A stretch of 64,000 nt of DNA. It comes from a virus (taxonomy: Duplodnaviria > Caudoviricetes). Made by a program: the position numbers and the translations under genes. The notes below the pieces were generated by a model. The model searched no databases. It was given only the letters and a program-made list of their open reading frames with translations, and was not told where the DNA came from. This document shows positions 35,961 to 46,700 of the stretch, piece by piece. Each line of letters starts with the position of its first letter. Positions within the stretch are counted from its first letter, which is position 1. The stretch spans positions 830-64,829 of the IMG/VR virus record IMGVR_UViG_3300043409_000415, one strand, 5' to 3'.

Positions 35961-37772
35961 ATGAACAAAGGAATTGTTTCTTCTGGCCTTAAAAGTCTGA
36001 TGCTTATAAATGAAGGACTTCGACAGTTAGAAGAAAGTCAAGTCTCTCCTCAAGGCCCGGAGGGTCTTCCCACATTAGCTAAGCAATTGGCTATGGCGGG
36101 ACAACAAGCTCAAGGCCAACAAGTTTCTCTTCCTTCTGGTGTGGCTCAACCCATCATGGATGATGTTGCTAAGAAATCAACCATTGGCGCATCTGTCACT
36201 GCGCCTATTGAAGGTTTGCCCCAACCGGTTCCTCCACCTGCGCAAGCAATGGCTCAAGGTGGCATTGCCGGGTTACGCGCAGACAATATGCGCAGCTTTA
36301 AAGAAGGCGGTGTGTTGGGATTTGCGGATGGAGAAGAGGTTCCTAAAGCCAAAGAAGAATCCTCATCTCCTGTTGGAAGATTCTTTAAAGGTATAACAGA
36401 TGATTTTTCCCAAAGGAGCGAACGGGATGAGTTGGCTCAAAAGGTAGAAGATTTGTATTACAAGAAAGCAACTTTCCCTGGGTTGTTTATGGATCAAACA
36501 GGGGAAGAAAGAGAAAATGCCAAGAAGGTAATGGCGCGTTTGCCTAAAATGAGTATTGGAGAATTAAAGGCAATAGCTAGTGGGGAACCACAAAAAGCTC
36601 CTTTAATTAAAGACAGTCCTACAGAAGAAGCTTTACTTAAATACATGCGGCTTAATAAAGACAAGCAACCAAACAGGGAACCTTTGCCCCCAGAAGTTAT
36701 TGCTCGTCAGAATCAAGAAGCATTACAAACAATCAATTATCAAGACCCAAACAGAGCCCGTCTTGATACTCAAGCAGCATACACTCCTCCGGTAGCTCCT
36801 ACTGCGCCTCGTCCCGGCCCAGTAGGCCCAGCAGCTTCTCAAGGCATTGCTGGCCTTGCCCCTGCGGGTTTTGATCTAGCAGCGGCAATGAAACAAATGC
36901 CTCCTGAATTAACCCAGTCTTCAAAAGACTATCAAGATGCTATAAGGAACAAGATTGACTTTAGTGGTCAGCAGCTTTCCAACCTTGACCAAACCCGGCA
37001 GGAAATGTTGGCTAATCGGGCAAGGCAAGATAAGGAAGCTCCCTATCTCAACCTTCAGAAGATGTTTGCTCAAGGTGCTAAGTCTGGCTATGCTGGCATG
37101 GGCGAAGCTAACATCGCTGCTAAGGAAGCTCAACAGACCCTGATGGAAGCTCGTGCTGCGCAGGATGCATTGGCCCGCGATAAGATCGTTGCAATTAAAG
37201 CAGCGAATCAAGCTGAGAAGATTGGTGATAAGGCTGGTATCCTAGCGGCTAATAAAGATCTTGCTGTTATTGGTGTTGATATGGCAAAGATTAACGCCCA
37301 GATTGAAGCGGCTAAGATCTCTGCTGCTGCTAGCATCGAACATGCGAACATCATGGCTAAAGCCTCTGCGGCTAATTCTGCTCTTAATGCCTCGATTGAG
37401 CGCGATAAGATGGAGATGAAGAATGAAGAGATGAAGATGGCTAAGGCAGATGCTAGCTATAAGGCCATGAACGATTCCATAGGAAACTACATGGCTAAGA
37501 AACAAGCTGTGTTGGCTAATTCTGATAAGATCTTTGCGCTTGAAAAGGATAGTTTAATGAAGATGGCTGGAACAAATGAAGATTCCAAGAAAGAATTTGA
37601 AGAAGCTAAGCTTGCGCATGAGGCAAAGAAAATAAGAGAAGGCGCTGTTTATGATCAATACATAAACAATGTTGAAGATGTTATGCACAAAAGGTTTGGG
37701 GTATCACATGGTGTTCCAGCCCGTCTTGATCAAAAAGCATTAGCAGCACCCACAAAAACCTACAAGTACTAA
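35961..37772 (+). CDS. Internal virion/ejection protein
   Basis: MAQGG, FKEGG, FADGE motifs; helical A/K-rich; directly upstream of the giant gene. Confidence 0.65.
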   Translation: MNKGIVSSGLKSLMLINEGLRQLEESQVSPQGPEGLPTLAKQLAMAGQQAQGQQVSLPSGVAQPIMDDVAKKSTIGASVTAPIEGLPQPVPPPAQAMAQGGIAGLRADNMRSFKEGGVLGFADGEEVPKAKEESSSPVGRFFKGITDDFSQRSERDELAQKVEDLYYKKATFPGLFMDQTGEERENAKKVMARLPKMSIGELKAIASGEPQKAPLIKDSPTEEALLKYMRLNKDKQPNREPLPPEVIARQNQEALQTINYQDPNRARLDTQAAYTPPVAPTAPRPGPVGPAASQGIAGLAPAGFDLAAAMKQMPPELTQSSKDYQDAIRNKIDFSGQQLSNLDQTRQEMLANRARQDKEAPYLNLQKMFAQGAKSGYAGMGEANIAAKEAQQTLMEARAAQDALARDKIVAIKAANQAEKIGDKAGILAANKDLAVIGVDMAKINAQIEAAKISAAASIEHANIMAKASAANSALNASIERDKMEMKNEEMKMAKADASYKAMNDSIGNYMAKKQAVLANSDKIFALEKDSLMKMAGTNEDSKKEFEEAKLAHEAKKIREGAVYDQYINNVEDVMHKRFGVSHGVPARLDQKALAAPTKTYKY

Positions 37773-37779
37773 GGCAGAT

Positions 37780-40700
37780 ATGGCATACAACATTGAGTTG
37801 CCTGATGGTAGTATTGTTGAGGACATTCCAGATAGTGTTCCTTTAGCAGAAGCTAAGAAAAATATTGCTATTAGGTTTCCTCAATTTGCGCCTAAACCCG
37901 ATGAAAGTAAATCAGGATTTATACCTGCTTTACAGGCTGGATTTAAAGGTTTAAAAGGGGACGTTGCTGCGCTTGCTGGTCGGACTGGAGTAATGGATGT
38001 TGGTGCGGCTGAGAAGTACATAGCTGAACAACAGAAGCAGGCAGATAAGATCTTCCAGCCCACGCAAGATGAATGGTCAGAATCTCCGTGGAAGAAGATT
38101 AAAGAACTTGCCGGTGGATCTGCCGCATACATGGCTGCTCCGGCGCTTGCTGGTGCTGCTACGCTAGCTCTTCCTGCCTCAGTTGCTCCAGCAGTTGCTA
38201 CTGGCATAGGCCTGGGTATTACAGGACTTGTATCTGGGGCTCAATTTACCGGATCAGGCCTTACCCGGCAAGTTGAAGAAGGCACTCCTTTAGCTCAGAC
38301 TGACCTTACCGCCGCTGCATTAGCCGCTATTCCTCAAGCCGCTCTGGACGTTGTGTCTTTAAAGATGATCCCTGGTGTTAGGGGAATCTTTGGTGCTGCT
38401 GGCAAGAAGATGACGGCAGAACAAGCTGAGGCTATTGCTACCCAAGGTTTAAAGAAGACCGTTGCAGACTATGCCTTGTCCACCGGCACAGCAATGGGCG
38501 CAGAAGGTTTAACTGAAGCTGCTCAACAAGTCTTTGAACGATTACAAGCGGGCCTAAGCCTCACAGATGAGAACGCGCAGAAGGAATACCTAGACAGTTT
38601 CCTTGGCGGTGCTATCTTGGGCGGTGCTATTGCTCCTGCTGGGCGATACCTTGAGCGAGGCAGGGAACAGCGGGAAGCTGAGGTTGTTGGGGCTATGCCG
38701 GGTCAACGTCCCGGTGAGTCCTTAGCTGACGCTGCTCAGCGGTTAAAGAATGAAATAGACGCAGAGAAGCTGAGCTTAAATCCTCCTGCTCCTCCTGTTG
38801 ATCCCAATGCCACCCCCTTGATGGACAAGGAAGCATTAGGGATGGTTCTTGATTCTGAGAACGGTTATGGAAAGCTTGATAATTACAAGCGGGCGCTTAT
38901 GGCAATGCCCCAGACCGATGAGATCAAGAACTCCCTTGCGGAAGTAAAAGAACTCCAAGCCGCATCCAATGTGAACTTGGTGTACGGACAAGTAGCGGAC
39001 AAGCTTGCTCAACAAGCAGTTCCTGAAGGCAATGCAGCGCTAAGTCTTCTGCCTGCTGATCTGTCCACTGTTATCACACCAGAACTAGCCAACACGATGG
39101 GGCTTGTTCAGAATAGGTTCAAGAACAATATCTTTAACCAGATTGTTGGTAAGGATATGTCTGTCCCGGCTGATGTAAATACAGTTAGGTCAGTCCTTGA
39201 GTCTTACATTGCTACTGCAAAGCCTGGGGATACACCATCCAAGATCGCTACGTTCTTGAAGTCCATCCCGCCCACAACAGAAATTGCCCCGGAGTCTGTA
39301 AATGTTGGAACAACTGACACAGCCCCAAGTGGAGAAAGCACTGTCGTGGCTAGCGAGCCCGGTGCAGGAACCCCCCCCGCAGGAGTTGGAACCCCTGAGT
39401 CAAGTGGAGTGGTTTCTACTGGGGAGGATGTTACAGGCACTGTTGGAGGAGAAGCAGCAGCACCCCCTCCAGTAATCACGCAAAGCGCTAAAGATTTGCT
39501 AGAGAGCATTGATGTTGGTGGTGGTACGCCAGCGTTTATGACTAACAAACTAAAGCAAATTGCTGCTGACAATGGTATTGAAGTTCTGTCAAGTGACACG
39601 CCAAACTCTGTCATTGACAAAATCCGGGACAAAGTTAAACCTCCTGTTACTAAACCAGAAGTCCTTGAAGGAGGGATGAACAAAGATCAGTGGATTAATT
39701 CTCTTCTTGGACAGAACAGAATTGCCAAAGAAAAATTTGGGATAACTTTAGACGTTACCCCCGAGGGCAAGTTAAACTTTACCGGTGACATTAGGAAAAC
39801 CAAACAAGGAAAAGCTTTTGCTGCATCCCTAGAATCTGCTTATAAGGCCGGTGCTACAGAGAAGGAAATCGCAGCAGCTATAAAGTCTGCTCCTAGCGCT
39901 CCTGTTAAAGAGTTCTTCTCCAAGCGTAAACCCAAAGCAGCACCTAAGCCCAAAGCAGAACTCTCTGAAGTTGAAAAGCAAGATGCTGAAGCTATAGCGG
40001 CGTTTAAAGCTGAAGGCCCTGCTCGGATCGCCGAGAAGACAGAGCAGATCAAGAACATCATGGGCAAGATCCTTAACCGGATGGGCCTTAAGGATGTTGC
40101 AGTAAAGATCATGGACGATATTGAGTCCAAGGAAGCAGGAGGATCTTACTCAGAAAAGCTCATCAAGATTGCACTGGACGAAGCAAGGCCTGTAAGCACT
40201 CTGCGCCATGAGGCTATCCATGCCCTGAAGGAGCTTGGTTTCTTTAGTGAAAGCCAATGGAACACCTTGGTTAAGCAGGCCAAGGAAGGGTGGATTGACA
40301 CCTATTTAAAGAGCCGCGATGTTAATGGCGGGCCTTTAAAAGAGGGTGAGAAGTCCAGGTACGACATTTACATGGAGCGTCCTGAATTCAAGTCTGACCC
40401 TAATGCCATCATTGAAGAAGCAATCGCAGATGCATTTGGGGACTTCGATACCAACGGCGCTCCTCCTGGGATGCTCAAGGCAATCCTAAACAGGCTGATT
40501 AGCTTCTTTGACGCGATTAAGAGTGCTTTACAGGGCAATGGGATCTACACCTCTGAGCAAGCCGCTAGGCAAGTCTTTGGCAAGATTGCAAGGGGTGAGC
40601 TTAAGGCTGGGGAAACCAAGGCTAGTGGAGTTAAGTTTAGCCTTAAATCAGTTCCTAATGAGCCGGGTACAGAACCTATCCCTGAAGGCCATGTTCGGTT

Positions 40701-43700
40701 GTACCATCAAACAGATAAAGATTCTTTAGAGAAAATAGCTAAAGAAGGATTGTTACTTAAGTATGCAAGAGGAATTGAAGGGCCAAAAGCTATATACGCA
40801 GGGGAAACCCCGTTTTATCGCCCTGCTACAAAAAGTCCAACTCTAGAGTTCCATGTTCCAAAGGATCAATGGGATTCTCCTTTTGTTTTAGGTGATGTAA
40901 CGCCGGATAAAATAATTGCGGCACATCAACCTTGGCACATGCTTGCTAGATATCTTGAAGATAACCCTAAATCAAAAGAACAAGCATTGTCTGGTAAGTT
41001 TGATGACCTTGAAGACGATTACAAAAAAGCCGTTGACTATATTAAAGAAAAGTATAAACCAGCAAAGCTAAGCCTTCGTGCTCCTAACACTAAAGAATTT
41101 AAACAGTTCTTTGGCGATAGCAAGGTAGTGGATGAGAATGGTGAGCCGTTGGTGATGTACCACGGTACTCCTTATGACTTTGTTTCAGGTCGGGATCAAG
41201 GTGTGTTTAACACCAAGGACTTTGGTGCTCTGTTAGGTAAAGGGGCTTACTTTACCGCTGATCCCAAAGATGCTGAACAGTATGCTGGGAAAACAGCTTA
41301 CGGTAAACCTAACTTAATCCCAGCGTACATAAGTTTAGAGAACCCGTTAATTGTTGAATCCGTAACGGGGAAAATACCCAATCAAGCTGAGTTAATTAAA
41401 CAAGGATTTGATGGTGTTTTATTAAAAAATGAAGATGGCTCTGTTAAATGGGCGGTTGCTTTTGAGCCTAATCAAATTAAGTCTGCCACTGGAAACATAG
41501 GCACATACTCCAAAGAAAACCCTGATATCAGGTATAGCCTGCGTGCGCCCGACACTAAAGAATTTTACCGGTTCTTTGATGACAGCAAAGTGGTGGATGA
41601 GGACGGTGATCCGTTAGTTGTTTATCACGCAACTTACTCTGACATAGATAAATTTAAAACAACGCACCCGGAAGATGAAGAAAGTCGATTTGGCGCACAT
41701 TTTGGCCCAACGGAAGCGGCTGAGAATAAATTTGAATTAAAACTAGCAGAAGACAAGAGAGATAACAGATCTAGTGGAAAAGTTGGTGCTAATATGGTCC
41801 CTGTATTTTTAAGCATACAGAACCCGTTGCGGCTGGAAGAAAACCGTTCTGGGCGGTGGGGGGTAGATGATGTTTTTCAAGCTATTGCAAAAGCTGTTGA
41901 ACAAGACAAATTTGCCGGTATTTCCCCCAAGGGTGATTGGATAGATGCTTTTTATGAAGACAACTCACAACTAGAATATGAGGCAGGATTAACAAACGAA
42001 GAAGATAGCAGATCTTGGCAAGAAACATACTTATGGAAACCGGGTGAGCGCAGTAAGATATTAAAGGCATGGTTAAAGACTTATGGCTATGACGGCATAG
42101 TTTATGATAACAAGTTTGAAGGTGGCGGCGATAGCTATATTGCTTTATATCCAGGGCAAATCAAATCTGCCATTGGAAACATAGGCACATACGACAGGAA
42201 AAATCCTGACATTAGGTATAGCCTGCGTACCATTCCTGATACCAAAGAGTTTAAACAGTGGTCGCGTGATGCGCCTGTTATCCGCTATGAGGAAACTGAG
42301 AAATACAAAGGTGGGCCTGCTGTATTCCAAGCTTTTCATGGCACAACGCATACCGGCATAGAAACCTTTGATGTATACAAAGGAAGTGCAGATGGCGCAT
42401 TAGGTGCAGGCTCTTACCTGACTACAAGCCCGGAAGATGCTAGCGCAAATTACGCTGGTGTTGGGCCTGACCTAACCGCAAGGATAGCTATAGAAGAAGA
42501 ATCTCTTAGCGACTCATTTAATGATGATGCTTACAACGCATCAGAAATGTTAAATGATTACTTTCAAGATAACAAAATAGACAACGAAGTTACGGATGAT
42601 AACTTTGATGAGCTAAAGGATGAGTATGGTGAAAAGGCCATACATCATGCAGCGCAGAAATCTTTAAAAGGTGATTCAGAAGGCTTGGTCATGCCTACAT
42701 ATGTTCGCATGTTAAAGCCATTTGATATGCGTCCTAAAGGATTATTCTTAGACTATTCTTATAAAACAGATGAAGAAGGTGATCCAATAGATGGTTCAGA
42801 ACAAGGGGCATTGATTGACTTCTTAGAAGCTGCCCGTAATGTATTAGAGGCTTACGGCCCTAATGAATTCACATCAACTGTTTTGGATGAAGCGGCTGAT
42901 GGCATTAGCGCAAAAGAAATATTTGATATAGCCACAAAAACACTGTCTAATAACTATGATGACAATGGCCTTGTTTCTATTGGGCATATTGTTCAAGAAA
43001 TAGCCAGGGAAGCTGGGTATGATGGTTTAATCCAAGATGCAAACTCATACTTTGGAACAGGTAGAAAAGGTTTTGGTGGGTTAAGGGTTCCCAGCATGGT
43101 CGGGGTCCAAGAAGGTGTTTTGCATTTAATGCCTTTTAAGGACAATCAGATTAAATCTGCCATAGGTAACCAAGGAACCTATAGTGAAAAAGGAAACATC
43201 AAGTTTAGCCTGCGCACAATAGACTTGGAAAAGTCTAAGCGCATGGATGAGGCTTTGCGCGGCAAACCTTATGTTGAAGCTCTTGATCTTGCCATTAAGA
43301 AAGCAACAGACGCAGGCCAAAAATCCATACTTGAGAAGGTCAAGGTTAGGTATGAAGATCTAAAGGCCCGTGGCTTTGAGTTTAAGTTTGCGCTGACCCC
43401 TGTAAATAAACAACTTACCGGGAAGTATGGGGTTGTTGAGCTTACCTATAAGAAGCTAGGTTCTCCCACCCAAATAGAAATGACCGTTAATGGGTTTAAT
43501 GATAATCAATCATCATTAAACCCTGAGACTTTGGCGCATGAGTTTGTCCATACTGTAACTGCTGCTCAAATAGCATTTGTTCCAGAAAGCGGGCCCACTA
43601 GGGAGCTTTATAAGCTTTACGATGATGTTGTTACTCATTTCAATGAGCAATATAAATCTGGGAAACTTGATAAAGATCTTGAAGCTGATATTAGGATATG

Positions 43701-46700
43701 GATTGCTGATCCTGATGAGCTTATTGCTTATGGTTTAACCAGCCCAAATGCCCAGAATTGGTTAGCATCTATACAAGATAAGTCAGGTAAGACTTGGCTT
43801 AGTAAGTTGTTTGATGTTATATCAAAGGTCTTAAACTTAACTGGCGCAGAGAAATCTGTGTTAGCTAGGTTGATGACGGTATCTGAAGATATCTTTACAG
43901 AAGAACTCACTCCTCAGACAGAGAAAGCCAACCTTAAAGGTTTTTCTTTTGGTAAGCAAGAGAACAAGACTGGCAAACCTACTTGGACACTTGGTCAAGG
44001 TGATTTAGCCTGGGTTGAAAACAACATCGCCCTGTTCACTGCCAAGTCCATGATTGGCGATAAGACTCTTTATGTTGCTAGTAAAGAGGGGCAAGGACAA
44101 ACCAGGGTAGATATCCGGAAGTACACCGGAACAATGTTCACCCCGGAGGAGCTTGCTCGTTTAAAGGACAAGGCCGATGAACTAAGCAGTGCTCCGGAAA
44201 CCAAGTTCAGTCTGCGTTCTACTTGGAGTCCGTCCATGAATGCAGCGATTGATCGCACATCAGTTGCTCGCATAGAAGAAGGCTGGGCTGCTAGGCTCCT
44301 GAGCGCAATCTCTCCCAAGAACTTCTCAGAGTACCGTCAGGTCTGGTTAAATCGTTACAACCAGCTTGGTGTCTATGACAAGATGCGGGCTGATCGGATG
44401 GGCGGGTACGGTCTTCTTGCAGATGCAAGCGCAGAAGCTGCTGCGATGATGTCAGACTACGGTGCAGGATTGACCGCTGCTGTGTTCAGTAAATCCGGTG
44501 GAGTCCCTGTCTTTGCCAATGGCATGACCACTGTCAGTACTTTAAATGGCACTATCAAAGGCCCCTTGGAGATCTTCTCAGAGCTTACCAAGCTGGGCAA
44601 AGGTGACTCATCCATTTACAGGGCTTACCAGCTTTGGGCTGGTGTAAAGCGTGGTAAGAGGTTAATGCCTTCACGGACCAACCCTAATGGTACTGAAGTA
44701 AATTACACCCCAGCGGACATAGCCGAGGCTAAGAAGTTCTGCGCTTTAGATCCGGGAGATCCTCCGGGGCTGTACCCTGAGTTTGCCAGTGTCCAGAAAG
44801 AGTGGATCAAGTACAACAATCAGTTGGCGAAGTACTTGGTGGACACGGGAGTTATCAGCGGCAAGGCTAGAGCGGAATGGATCAAGTACGCAGACTACAT
44901 CCCGTTCTACCGTCAGGTGGATGATGAGCAAACCCTTGGGCCTAAGCTGTTCCAGTCTCTTACCGGTGTAAAGCCACCTAAGAAGCTTAAAGGTGGATCA
45001 ACAGCAGAGGTGTCTGATTTCCTTGAGACTATCATCCGTAACACTCAGTCTGCTATCCAGATGGGGATCAAGAACACGGCTGGTCAGAAGGCAGTGAACG
45101 TTGCTCTAAGCTTAAATGCTCCAGGGCAGACTGATGTGCTAGAGCCATTGGCCTATGTATCCACTGATCCTAATAGCATCACCATTCTTGTTAACGGCCA
45201 GAAGAAGTCATTTAAATCTTCTGATCGTCTGTGGTTGCAAGCGGTGACCAGCTTGAATCTGCCTGATGTTCCCTTCATGGGACTCTTCTCTAAGCCTGCT
45301 CAGTTGCTGCGTACTCTTATCACTAAAGAGCCTGGGTTCATGCTAGCTAACATGATCCGGGATTCAATGTCTTCGTATGTTACCTCTGGGGTAGGCAGTG
45401 TGAACCCGGCGACTACGATCAGGAACTTTGCCGCAGCTATCGCTGGCAAGTCACCTGAGTTCCAGGCTCTGTTTAACGCAGGTATCTTGGGAGGACATGA
45501 GTACTCCAAGGACGTTATCCAAAGCGGTAACAAGTTTGCCAGTGATCTGCGCAAGACTGCTGGATACAGGACTGCGAACGAAAAGGTTTTCAGCCCAGTG
45601 ACTGGACTCTGGGAAGCTCTTGAGGTAGGAACTACTGCGTCTGATGCAGCAACCCGGATGCAGGTTTACAGAGAAGTCTTAGCCAAGACTGGCAACGAAG
45701 CAGAAGCTATTTACAGGGCTGTTGAGGTGATGAACTTCAACCGCAAGGGTAACTCTGCCATCGTCCGAGTCCTGACTGCTGCGATCCCGTTCTTAAATGC
45801 TCGGATGCAAGGCCTGGATGTTTTCTACCGTGCGGCGTTTGGTAAAGGAACAAATCAACGAAGCGCAGAAGAAATCCAGAAGAAGTTCTTTATTCGTGGT
45901 GCAACCATGATGGCAATGTCCTGCATGTACTGGGCCTTGACGCATGATGATGATGATTACAAAAAGCAGGAGCAGGAAACAAAGGACAACTACTGGCTTC
46001 TGCCATCGTTGGGCATAAAGCTTCCTATCCCGTTTGAGGTGGGTATCTTATTTAAAGTGATCCCGGAACGGATCATGGCTCGCACCTTTGGTACGGATAC
46101 CAACAAGGACTTTACAGACTCGATGGTTAGGCAATTGGTTAACACCCTGTCTTTAAATCCTATCCCTCAAGTTGCAAAGCCTTTTATTGAGTACAACACC
46201 AACTACAACTTCTTTACAGGAAGACCTATCGTTGGTCAGGGCATGGAAGGTGTTGAGTCCGGTTACCAGACTGGGCCAAACACAACTGCGATTGCTGCGG
46301 ACATTGGCAAACTCACCGGCATGTCACCTTTAAAGCTAGACCACTTGGTCGGTGGGTTCGTAGGGACTATGGGCATGTACGCCTTCAGTCTCATGGACAC
46401 AATTTACAAGATCAACGGGGATTCCATTGATGCATCTAAGCGGTTTGAACAGACCCCGGTCATCAAAAGGTTCTTGCTTGATCCTGAAGCGCGGGGGACG
46501 GTCAGTGCCTACTACGAGATTAAGAATGCAACAGCCGCAGCGGTTCGTACAGCTAGTCTTTTAGAGCGCACTCAGAACTTCAAGGAGTGGGGACCGTACA
46601 TGAAGGAACACGGGAAGATGCTGGCTACTCACGATTACATTCTTGATCTTGAGAAGACCATGAAAGATTTCCGTGAAATGAAGATGCTTATCCGCGCATC

